From Phaeosaccion multiseriatum (lineage: Eukaryota; Protista; Ochrophyta, other classes): 64,000 nucleotides of DNA. Where the stretch lies: assembly GCA_965112735.1 (NCBI GenBank), contig OZ218961.1, positions 2,170,001 to 2,234,000 of the forward strand, in the 5' to 3' direction. Each line of letters opens with the position of its first letter. Positions within the stretch are counted from its first letter, which is position 1. Below, one piece after another: positions 46,607-58,900 of the stretch. The translations under genes and the position numbers were made by a program. Below the pieces are notes generated by a model. That model was given only the letters and a program-made list of their open reading frames with translations, was not told the origin of the DNA and searched no databases.

Positions 46607-49600
46607 TCAGTAGCGGTGCGACACCTCCTCTCCTCCTCCTCCTCCTCCTCCTCCTCCTCCTCCTCCTCCTCCTCCTCCTCCTCCTCCTGCACTCAACCCC
46701 CTCCCCCTCCCCTCGTCGTCCTCACACTGTCTCATATCCCTGTCGTGAGTTTCCATCGCCACAAACATTTTATACTCTTCCGTCTCTTCGAAGTTGGCAA
46801 GTACGTTCTCCGCCAACATTTGGCAAACACTCAAGTAAGCTCTGTCGAAGATGGACCGCTCCTGAAAGCGTTGGAGAGTAACGTAGGCCAGGAAGTCAGC
46901 AAAGAGAGGTCATAACAATAAGTCAGTGGTCACTAAGTAGGTCAACTACGGCAGTAAGTCAGTGATTGGCACTCAGCAGTCTAGCCTACACGGTGTGAGT
47001 TTCATTTTGTGCAGCGCAGCTGACTGACTCCTACAAGACCTTCACGATCATATCAAAAGGACGTCTCATATATCTGTGACGTAAGAGCTACGTAAGAGCT
47101 ACGTAAGGGCTACAGTTACACTTTAACTTCACCTACTACGAGCACAGCAGGCCGACTTATATGACAGGTTACAGTAGTTACAATACCCTCAATTTCTGTC
47201 CCTGCTGCCCCTCTATATATTATATATATACATAATATATATATATGCATATAGCTTGACTCACCTGTTGTTTGTCCCATAAGTCAAGGAACCGTTCCTT
47301 CGAGCAGTTCTGCATGAGAATGGCACGGCACTCTCCGCCGATGTTCACCTCAAACGGGGACGACTTGAGAGGAGTAAGGAGGGGAGGGGGGCCGGGGGGG
47401 GGTGGTGGAGGAGGAGGAGGTGGTGGTGGTGGTCGTGGTGGGGGAGGTGGAGGAGGAGGAGGAGGTGGTGGTGGTGGTGGTGGTGGTGGTGGAGGAGGAG
47501 GAGGTGCAGGCGGAAGAGGAGGAGGGGTGGGGGATGAGGGGCACGAGACAACTACAGGGCAGAGAAGCTAGAGGAGACTTATCTACTCCCACCCAACCAC
47601 TGCCATCCAATACCATCCACTGCCACCTTTCCCCATCTCCTCCCCGCTCTCCCTCCCTCCCTCCCTCCCTCCCTCCCTCCCTCCCTCCCTCCCTCCCTCC
47701 CTCCCTCCCTCCCTCCCTCCATCTCCTCCATCTCCTCCCCTCCCTCCCTCCCTCCCTCCCTCCCTCCCTCCCTCCCTCCCTCCCTCCCTCCCTCCCTCCC
47801 TCCCTCCCTCCCTCCCTCCCTCCCTCCCTCCCTCCCTCCCTCCCTCCCTCCCTCCCTCCCTCCCTCCCTCCCTCCCTCCCTCCCTCCCTCCCTCCCTCCA
47901 TCTCTCCCTCCCTCCCTCCCTCCCCATCCACCGCCATCCCCCCCGCTGCGTCACTCACCTGCTTGACGTGTCTGCTGACGATGAAGTTTGCGTCTTCGAA
48001 AGCGGTGAGGGCCTCCTCATCCTTCTGAGAAGAGGCACACAGTGGCGTTACAGAACAACAGATGGGTGTGACGGAACAATTGGCGAAAGAGAGCACGGAA
48101 CAGATGTCTCTTACTCCCCCTCCCTCCCCCCCCCCCCCCACACACACTCCAATCCTTCTCCTTACTCACCATGAAGAATGCTTGAAGGGCCTCCTCGTCC
48201 TCTGAGGTGAGGCCTCCTCTGCCGTCCCCCCCAAGCTCCACACCGCTGCGCATTCGCGTAGGTCTACTCGCCCCTTCCCATCCTCCTCCTCCTCCTCCTC
48301 CTCCTCCTCCTCCTCCTCCTCCTCCTCCTCCTCCTCCTCCTCCTCCTCCTCCTCCTCCTCCTCCTCCTCCTCCTCCTCCTCCTCCTCCTCCTCCTCCTCC
48401 TCCTCCTCCTCCTCCTCCTCCTCCTCCTCCTCCTCCTCCTCCTCCTCCTCCTCCTCCTCCTCCTCCTCCTCCTCCTCCTCCTCCTCCTCCTCCTCCTCCT
48501 CCTCCTCCTCCTCCTCCTCCTCCTCCTCCTCCTCCTCCTCCTCCTCCTCCTCCTCCTCCTCCTCCTCCTCCTCCTCCTCCTCCTCCTCCTCCTCCTCCTC
48601 CTCCTCCTCCTCCTCCTCCTCCTCCTCCTCCTCCTCCTCCTCCTCCTCCTCCTCCTCCTCCTCCTCCTCCTCCTCCTCCTCCTCCTCCTCCTCCTCCTCC
48701 TCCTCCTCCTCCTCCTCCTCCTCCTCCTCCTCCTCCTCCTCCTCCTCCTCCTCCTCCTCCTCCTCCTCCTCCTCCTCCTCCTCCTCCTCCTCCTCCTCCT
48801 CCTCCCCCCTCTTCTCCATCCCGCTCTGCTCCCTTCGCTCTCTCTGCTATAGTGCCATCCGCTGCTCTAGTGCCATCCGCTGCCATCGCGGGACAGGTGG
48901 TGGAAACTGGAACCGCAGCACCATCCACTGCCATCACAGGTGGTGTGGGTGTGAGTGTGGGTGCGTGTGTGGCCGCGAGTGGGTGTGCGTATGACGATCG
49001 CATCGATACAGGAGGGAGGTTCATCACTGACTTAAGAGCGGGGCGGAAGAAGGATGGCAGCTGAGGAGCACGGGGGGAGAGCAGGAACGAAGACGCAGTG
49101 CCAGTTTTGTGGCCCAGAGTTTGCGTTTGCGTCTTGCCGCGGTCTCGCGCCAGGGGACGACCGTTTTGAAAGTCCTTCACCTGTGTATGTGTGTGTGTGT
49201 GTGAGTACATGTGTGTGTGTGTGTGTGTGTGTGCGTGTGTGTGGGTGTGTGTACGTGTGCATGTGTGAGTACGTGTGTGTGTGCGTGCATACCCCACAAG
49301 GAGTTGCGTAGAGCCGAGGACACTAGGACAGAGTAGCAGAAAGTATGAAAATATCTGGATAGAAGCATATGGGTATACATATATAGGTGCACACCACCTC
49401 TACCCCAGCGCCAATGCGCCGCGCCCCCCATCCTCCCATCCGCCCCACCCACCCATTGACTTACTACACCTACCCACCTACTGACATACTACACCCACCC
49501 ACCCCTTGACTTAATACCTCCACCGATACGAAGAGGCACACTCAAACTCATATTCACACCCACCGCCATGATGAAGAGCGTCGACTCATCGCAGAGGGCT

Positions 49601-52600
49601 TTGACTGTGAATTCTTTCAGAGCCTCCCCCACAAAGGGCATATCCAACAGGAGGTGCAGCTTCTTGGTGCGGCCCGCCAGGGCACAGTCACTGGATGGCA
49701 GTGGATGGTGGGGCGAGGGGGTGGAGGGAGGGAGGGAGGGAGGGAAGGATGGAAGGAGGGGAGGAAGGGTGGGAGGGAGGGAGGGAGGGAGGGAGGGAGG
49801 GAGGAAGGAAGGAAGGGAGGGAGGGAGGGAGGGAAGGGAGCGAGAAGGGAGGGATGGAGGGAGGGAGGGAGCGAGCAAGGGAGGGAAAGGAGGGAAGGAA
49901 GGAAGAGGGAGGGAGGGAAGGCGGGAGGGAGGGAGAAAGGGAGAGAAGGGAGGGAGGGAGGGAAGAAGGCAGGGAGGGAGGGAGGGAGGGAGGGAGAAAG
50001 GGAGAAAGGGAGAAAGGGAGGGAAGGGAAGGAGGAAGGGAAAGGAGGGAGGGAGCGAGGGAGGGAGCGAGGGAGGGAGGGAGAGAGGGAGCGAGCAAGGG
50101 AGGGAAGGGAGGGAAGGAAGCAAGAGAGGGAGGGAGTGAAGGAGGGAGGGAGGGAGGGAAGGAGGGAGGGAGGGAGAAAGGGAGGGAATGGAGGGAGGGA
50201 GGGAAGGAGGGAGGGAGGGAGGGAGAAAGGGAGGATGAGATGCTAGAGGCGAGGAAAGATAAGATGCAAGGGCATTGAGAAGCGACGACGATGGCGGTAT
50301 ATGGCAGTGGACGGGAGTGCCTCTCCATCTTCTCCCCTCCCCTCTGCTTGCCTTCCCCACCCCCTCCCTCCCGTCCTCCCTACCCGGTTGGTAAGTACGG
50401 CTCCGTGTCCACTCCATTGCCTCCCATCTCCATGGCCACCGCCGTGATGCTCTTGCGAACAATGGACAGAGACAAAGACGAGGAAGAGCGAGACACAAAG
50501 TAGCTGCTACTGTCCCCACGAGGTAAGGTAACGCCACGCACGAGAGACAAGCGGGGTAGTAAGGAGTGTTTTCTCGGCTGCTGCTGTATCACCAACTCGT
50601 GCTCCTGCTGCTGCTGCTGCTGGTGGTCTCCCTTGATGGGTCTACCGCGTTTCCTGCTTCCCAAGCTGGAGATGACACTACCCATCTCCATGTTGCTGCT
50701 TTGATTCCGATCATCCTCCGGTCCCATGAGGGGTCGGATCTTAACACCCGTCATTCTGTGGTTGCTGTCGTCCCCCTTGGAATGCGGTCTTAGCCCCCCC
50801 GGGAGACTGCAGCCTCTCTGACAGCCGCATACGCTCCTCACGCCTCCACAGCACAACGCCAGCCACGGAGACCGTTCTCGCCATACCCCGTCTCCATCTG
50901 CTGCCATTTCCGCTCCATCGTTGAAGGTCCCTTGTGCTGCATCTGCATCCCCAACTGCTGTATCACCAACTGCTGTAGCGCCTATCGGTGCAGCAACCTG
51001 GGGCGAAGCTGGATCTCTCCTCGCCTCGCCCTCCTCTGCACCCTCCCCTTGGAGATGAGAAGCTCCCCCCCCCCCTTCTCCTCTTCCTCCTCCTCCTGCT
51101 CCTCCTGCTCCTCCTGCTCCTCCTGCTCCTGTATCACCAACTGCTGTAGCTGTTCCTGCTCTTCCGTGCCTGTCCATCACCACCCTCGGTGGGGGCTCCA
51201 CCCCAGAAGGAGAAGACGCTGGAACTTCACTCCCTGTGTTCCTCAACTGGCGACTGCTCTGCTTGCTGCGCTGGAGGGCCAACTTGGCATGCTTGGCTTG
51301 AAAGGCGTCGAGGCGGGCCTGTACGGGTCGAACAATGGCCACTTGATAGCTGCGGCAGATGGCAGTAGATGGATCGGGAGTTGGGTTAGAGGATGGCAGG
51401 GAGTAGGCGGAGGGGGAGGGAGTCGAATTAGGGGTAACGTCCGTCCCATATGCCTGTACGATGCCATCTGCTGCCATCTGCTGCCATCTGATGTCTCACA
51501 TGAGGGGGCAGACGACGTAATACACGTGCGCGGTGGAGAGATACTTCTCCTTGTCCTGTCGTAGAGAGGCGTATGGGCAGGGTACGGCGGAGGCACATGG
51601 GCAAGGTAGAGGTATATGAGCAGGGCAGGGCAAAAGCAGAGGTAACGGGCAGAGCAGCGGAGGTGTGGTCCTGTGGTGAGGAGAGGTGCTCCTTTCGTGC
51701 TTCGCGAAGGAGTGCCGACTGTTGCGTGCCTCACCCCCTCGCACCGTGTGAAAAGTGTCAGTGGAAAGACACATCCAGTCAGTGAAAGACCCACGTGAAG
51801 GGCCACCCTCCCACCCACCCTTTTACTTTTGTACTGACGACTTACTACACACCTGGTTCCACAGACCGAGTAGAAGTGCGATTGCCTGGAATACAGCGGC
51901 GACTGTAGGGTAGATGGCAGCAGAAGGACGGATGGCAACAGAGGCAGGTGGAAGTACAATAGATGGCAGCAGACGGATCGATGGCAGCAGAAGGATGGAG
52001 GACAGATGGCAGCGGAAGGACGGATGGCAACAGAGGCAGATGGAGGGTAGATGGTGTCAGATGGATGGCAGCAGAAGGATGAACAACATGCTGACTTTCT
52101 ACACCCCTGCATAAACACCCCTCCCCCCTCACCCATTCGTTGACTTACTAGACTAGCCCCCTGTCCCACCCACTGACTTCGCACACTTACTCACGCACGC
52201 ATTACCCTCCTCACCTGTGACCCACTTGTAGATGCCCACAAACGCGTGTATTTCATCGCTGATGTTGTACGCGTCGCTGATGTGCGCGGTGTAGCGATAC
52301 GTGGATGACATGCCCACCACCACCGCCAGCAGCATGAACAACCTGTTGTGGTGTCATGTCAAGCAGTGTCAGGCAGTGTCAGGCAGTGTCAAGCAGAGGC
52401 AAAGTGTAGCGTAAAAGGAAGGAGGATCAGGGACTGCAGACATATAGAACCACCTGTTGTCAAAAGTCAAGCAGTGTCAATCAGTGTCAAGCAGAGTCAT
52501 ACGGGTAAGTACGATTACAGGGTGAAAGGATGAGGTATTGTCAAGCGGCAAAACAAGCCTTACTTACAACACATGTCACCCTTACGTACTCTTACGAGAG

Positions 52601-55107
52601 CTCACCTCGTCCCGTCGATGAAGGTCCGGAGGGGGTGAGGAGTGCCCCCCCTTCGCTCCATCGCTTCGCACTCGTCAATGGCAACGAGGGGGGCGAGGGA
52701 GAGGCCAAGCAGAGCCACAGCCAAACACAATAGCATCTGGGTAGGCATAGGGGGGGGGATGGCAGTGGATGGAGAGACGGGGGGGGGGGGGGGCAGGAAG
52801 AGGAGGAGGGAGGATGAGAGGGGAGGAGGGGGTGGGGAGGCCGGCAGCCTACTACAGCGCCTCCGGGCATGGCAGGGGATGGCAGGGGATGGCTGGGGAT
52901 GGCAGGGGATGGCAGGGGATGGCAGGGGATGGCAGGGGATGGCTGGGGATGGCAGGGGATGGGGTACTACCTGACTGACACCAGGCACTGACTGACAACA
53001 GGCACTGACTGACTGACTGACTGACTGACACCAGGCACTGACTGACTGACACCAGGCACTGACTGACTGACACCAGGCACTGACTGACTGACTGACTGAC
53101 TGACTGACTGACTGACTGACTGACTGACTGACTGACTCACAAAATGCTTCTAGAACAAGATAACAAGGTACAGTACCTTCATGTGATTCTCTTCCCTTGC
53201 GAACCAGTGCAGGCTCTCTCTCAGCCTCCGATCCGAGACCACGATCAATCTGCAAGGGGGGTGGGGCAGTGGATGGGTGGCGGGTAGGGATGGGCCAAGG
53301 ATGGCAGTGGATGGACAGGGACGCAGTGGATGAGCAAGAAGCAGGCAGAGCAAAGCATCCACCACCACACGCTCAGGAATATATTGAATGGATGAAAGTG
53401 AATGCCCGTATGCCTCTAAATCAACCCTGGCTGCTTGTGTAATCTCACTAGGTACATCATGTTACGTACCTTACGGATCGGCTGATGTATACAAAGAAGA
53501 AGCAGGGCCCACTGTGATGGGCAGTAAGAGCAGAGCAGTTGGTGATACAGAACAGAGCAGCGTGGCGGGGAGCAGAGGCATACGGGCAGTGACAGCGTCC
53601 ATGTCAGTTTCAGTTTCGGGTCAACAGTGCTTAACCTGTTCAGCAGAAAGTAAGTATGCCATAGTGTTTTTCGGCGTTGGGTTGCAAACACACACACAAC
53701 ACACACACAACACACACACACACACAACACACACACGCCATACGCGTGTGCACTCTCTCTCTCTCATACACACACACACACATACGCACAAACGCACATG
53801 CACATACACGCTCTCTCTCTCTCTCTCACGCACACATACTCTCTCTCTGCCATACACACATGCACGCACACACACACATGCACGCACACACACACACATA
53901 CCTGAGGTTGATGAGGAGGTCGCTCCCGAACTGCAAGTACTGATAACCTTCGGAACAGCCCCTCTCCTGAGGATTGGAGAGCACCTGCAGGGCGAGAACA
54001 ACCCCCTGACCAAGCATGAAGCAGGTCATGAAGGAACCCTGATTCGGTGATACACGAGTTGGTGAGACAGCAGCATCACAGAATCACAGTCAGTGGGGCA
54101 GCAGAGAGGCAGGAGGGAAGTTGTTGATACAGAGGTGCATATGGGGGTTTCTTGGGCAGTTGGTGGTACGGAGTTACAGTTACACATGGGGGAGAGGGGG
54201 GGATAATGGGCATGTCAAGCAGATGGAGGTCAACGTAGGGGTCGAGGGCTCGGGGGTATGCAGTCGGCCAGGTGGAGAAGGAGGGAGAAGGAAGAGAGGA
54301 ATGGTGTCACTACTCCACTCCTCGGAAGGTTTCGCTTCTCCTCTTCCTCCTTGGGACAGATGGACAGTATTCTCCTCGGTGTTGCAAAGTGCTGTCTACC
54401 CCTCCCCCCCCCCCCCTCTTCCTCCATCTCTCTCTTGCGGTGTCTCGCTCTCGCTCTCTCTCTCACTCTCCCTCCCTCCCTCCCTCTTTCCCTCTCTCTC
54501 CTCTCCTCCCTCTCTCCCTCTCTCCTCTCCTCCCTCCCTTCCCGCCTCCCTCCCTCACTCCCGCCGCCTCTGTCTCTCCCCCTCTCCCTCTCCCCCCCCC
54601 CCCTCCCCCTCTCTCTCCCTCTCTGATGCAGTGACGTAATTACTATGCATTTGGCCGACAAGCCTTCGGAGCTCCCCTTCGGCCCTTCGGCAAAGCTGAC
54701 GAGACAGTGCACCAGACACACGCTGGACATGAAGCTGACAGATGTACAGCAACCATTGTAGTCCCTGCCCCCATACCCCCCCCACCCAACCTTCTCTCCC
54801 CCTTTCGCCCCCTCCTTGTCCCAATGTCCCTCTCTACTCTCCTTGCTTGAATGGCCCGTTTGCTTCTTTCTACTTCCCCCAGTCTCTCCTCTCAAGAAAG
54901 AAAGAATGAGAGAAAGAAAGAAAGTACTCCTGTCACCGGCCCACCCACCTGCAGGAGAAGCAGGGAGGATGACCGTGCCTTGATCTCAAAGTCATTTCGA
55001 AACAGGAAGAGCACTCTGAGCCAGAGCCCCGACCATATGCCGAGACACACGGCCATGAGGGTAAGGAAGGCGGCGTACGCCCACCTTGCAACCCACAAGG
55101 TTTCCAT
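46607..55107 (-). CDS. 7TM-RGS protein (multi-pass membrane domain + C-terminal Regulator of G-protein Signalling domain)
   Basis: TM exons (..FRNDFEIKARSSSLLLLQ; ..SDAYNISDEIHAF). RGS motifs LLDMPFVGEALKEFTVKALCDESTLF, PFEVNIG, IFDRAYLSVCQMLAENVLANFEETEEY. The start could lie upstream (about 55485). Confidence 0.78.
48281..48804. repeat. Pure (CCT/AGG)n microsatellite, about 175 units
   Basis: Uninterrupted trinucleotide run of about 525 bp. Confidence 0.97.
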
Positions 55108-55817
55108 CCCCCCCCTCCCTCTCTCCTCTGAGAAGGAACGAGCCGGTGAGGTTCACCTTTCTCCTTTCTTCCCTCCCTCCCTCTTCATCGCCCTTATGTG
55201 TGCCGTGTGTGGCGAAACTTGTAAACGCTTTCTTTTTTCCCTTCTCTTTCTTGCTCAACCTCGCTACAGTAAACCGTGTAAAATGCAGTAGGTGAACGGA
55301 TAACGCTTTCCTAGAAAACCAGAGCAAGGGGTACGGTTGTAAAGGACAACTTCCCCCCAAGAAACCTGTATGTGGGGCTCTACCAAAGGGTAAAACGCAT
55401 TTTTGCTGGGCGTAGTAGGAGAACGCCCAAGAAAAAATGAAACCGTCGAATCCTGACTTAGTTCCTCTTCACTTTCCATGAACACTCACTACTGTATATG
55501 TCTGCCTCGATCTCCCTGCTGATAAGAACACTGTCTGCCTCAATCTCCCTGCCCCCTACCTGCTCCTTTCTCGCCGCGGCTGCTCAAGGACCCCCATATC
55601 ACCAACTGTCGTATCACCAACTTCGCACTAACTCGTACCGCTGGCAGCTGGACGACGAGACCGGGCCGGACGGAGACAGGCACTGTAGCAGACCACTGCC
55701 CACCACGTGCACTCTTGCCGCTAGACAGGCAGGGGCAGGCGCTGAAGCAGCAGGCCGCTGCTGCCGGAGGGTTACGCTTGCATATCACCAACTGCTGCAC
55801 CATCAGCCAATGCATCA

Positions 55818-55957
55818 CTAGCTGCTGCCCCCCCCCCCCCTCTCCTTCTCCTCCTCCTCCTCCTCCTCCTCCTCCCCCTCCTCACCCTCAACAATTTCGC
55901 TTGCTACCCCTCCGGCCAATCGGCCTCCTCCTGTATCACCAACTGCAGCTGCTGCTG

Positions 55958-55989
<32 letters not shown>

Positions 55990-58900
55990 AGCCCCCTCCT
56001 CTCCTCCTCCTCCTCCTCCTCCTTCCTCCTCTCCAAGCTGCTAAACACATCCTTCTGTATCTTTGCCAACTCGAGAATCCTCCTCTCTAACTTGGGCCCG
56101 ACCTTGACCCAATCGAGGATCTGGCCCCAGTCACAAATCTCATCCAAGAGACTCCGACCCAGCTCTGGATAAAGGTCTCGAAGAAGATCGAAGTCTGCCT
56201 TGCCGAGGGAGAGCACTTCGCAACGGGTGCGGGCTTTGACCTCGACCTAGATATGATAAAGGAAGGTAAGATAAGATAAGGTAAGGTAAAATAAGATAAG
56301 GGAAGGGAGGAGAAAGAAGGTGTATGAGTGGCGAGGTGGGGGTGTATGGGGTGGGTGGGTGGGTGGGTGGAGGTGTATGGGTGGGGAGATGATGGAAGTG
56401 TATGGGTAGGGATGGAGGTGGAGGTGTAGAGGGCCAGACGGGTCCTCTGCGTCCTGACACCCCTGACACACCACAACCATAACGAAGAACCAACTAACCC
56501 ACCTTAATCTCGAACATCATTGCCTGCTCCAGCACGATGGTGGCTTGGCCGAAGTGAGACCCGTCGCGGAAGATTCGGTAGGCGGAGGAGGAGACTGCCG
56601 TCGACATCGACGGACGTGGATTGTTGCTGCGGGTGAGTGAGTGAGTGGGTGAGTAGTAAGGCAATAGGCCGGGTGGGTGGGATGGGGAGACGAGGAGAGG
56701 GGAGGGGGAGGGGAAGGGAGAGCGAGGAGAGGGGAGGGGGAGGGGAAGGGAGAGGGTAGGGGAGGGGAGGGGAGGGGAGGGGAGAGGAGAAGGACGGGGA
56801 GAGAGTAGGGGAGGGGATGAAGAGAGAGGAGGGGCCGGGTGGGGTGGAGCGAGTAGGGAGGAGAGGGGAGATCAGAGAGGAGGGAAGGGCAGGGAGGCGA
56901 GGAGAGGGGAGGAGGGCCGTTGTTAAGCACTGCGTCTGCTGCGAGAGGAGGGCGACTGACACCAGGTATTGACTGACACCAGGTACTGACTGACACCAGG
57001 CATTGACCGACTGGCCGACTGACACCAGCCACTGACGGATAGGGTCTACAGCGCGTTGAGGCTTTGGGAGTGGAACTACGTGTCTACGTAAGTATGTAAC
57101 TACTTAAGTACGCACCTTCCATCCTCGCTCGGGTATCCCTCCCCCATAGAGGCCACCGCACACGGATCTAGCCTGACACCAGGCCCTGGCCTGTCCCTAT
57201 CCGGATACGAGTTGCTGCCATCCCCCCCCCCTCCTCCTCCCCCTCCTCCTTCCCCTCCCCCGCTGATCTTCCTCCGTGGGCCCAGCGTTCCTCCTCCTCC
57301 TCCTGCTTGCTCTGCCTCCCTCGCATCACACACTCCGTTGAGTAGGAAGACCATCTCCCGGACTCGTAGTACCGGCCGTATCACCAACTCGCCCCTTGCG
57401 TACTCGGCCGGCCGTAAGAGCGGCACAATGACGCTGAAGGGGGGGGAGCGGAGAGAAAAGGGCAGTTGGCGTTGCAGTTGGCAGGTTGGAGCAGAGAGGG
57501 GGTGTCAGGACAGAGGGTGGGTGGGTGTTAGGACAGTGGGTGGGTGGGTGCCAGGACAGAGGGTGTGCGGGTGTCAAGACAGAGGGTGGGGGTGTCAGGA
57601 TGGAGAGTCGAAGGCAATGAAGGGCATTGGAGGGGCCGTAGGGGCACAAACAAGAGCAAGGACGGCAGAAGGCCATCTCATGTACATACGTACGTACGTA
57701 CGTACCTAATAAAGCCGGCGAAATGCTCCTCCAGCATGCAGATGGTAGGCAGCTTGGGCAGATAGGAACGGTACACGAACGTTACGGCAGGGATGCGCAG
57801 GAAGGGGGGAAGGTCCTGCAGGATCTCTCGCTCGGGGAACACTGAGTTGAAGTTCACCTGTTGGTGATACAGGTCGGTGGAAGGGTGTTGCATGTCCATG
57901 GGAGGGTGAGTGAGTGAGTCAGTGAGTGGGCAGGATGGGGGGGTGGGTGAGTGGGTGTTAGGACAGACAGTGTCAGGACAGAGGGTGTCAGGACAGAGAG
58001 TGTCAGGACAGAGGGTGTCAGGACAGAGAGTGTCAGGACAGGGGGTGTCAGGACAGAGGGTGTCAGGACAGAGAGTGTCAGGACAGAGGGTGTCAGGACA
58101 AGAGAGTGTCAGGGCCGATGGAGTGAGGCAAGACTCAAGCCTCAAGACTCAAGCCTGACGACTCAAGACTCACCTTGAAATTAAGGTGGCGCCGCATGGA
58201 TCTTCTCTGCGGCTTGCTGAGGTGCATGTCACGCATGTACTCACACAGGAACTCAACCTAAGAGGGAGAGAGGGAGAGGAAGGGAGGGAGGGAGGGAGGG
58301 TGAGAGGGAGGGAGGAAGAGAGGGAGGGAGGGAGGGAGGGGGAGAGGGGGGGAGGGAGGGAGGGAGGGAGAGAGGGAGGGAGGGAGAGGGAGGGAGGGAG
58401 GGGGAGAGGGGGGGAGGGAGGGAGGGAGAGAGGAAGAGGGAGAAAGAGACACCGGCAGCGGGGTGGGGCGTGGGGTTCAGTGTTAGGTCGATGAAAGTGA
58501 AACTCAAAACCCCCTCAGGTTCTATCGATCCATCTATTGCAAAACTGAAACTGGCACTCGCTTTCCTTACCTGCTGCTTTCTGAGCCTCTCCTGGGGGTC
58601 GAGGTTGAGGACAATGTTGACGAGGGCCCCAATGACATAGGCAAAGAGAGTCGTGCCCATGACCTCGGAGACGAATGCCACCACCTGTGATAATCATGTA
58701 CAGCAGTTGGTGGTATGGCCGGAGAGGGCAGGAGGGGAGAGGGGGTGGGGGGGGAGGCAGGAGGGGAGAGAGGAAAGGGCAAGTAGGGGAGGTCAGAGAA
58801 AGGAATATGGGTATGGATAGCCAGGTATATGTGAGTGTGTACAGGTATGCATATGGGCATAAGCTTATGTAAGGACAGGTATATGTGAGTATGTACAGGT

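Noticed and set aside
53150-53152. Apparent in-frame TAG inactivating the 7TM-RGS gene
   Set aside because: An upstream AAG|GTACTG donor removes it and joins the next exon (MLLCLAVALL) in frame.
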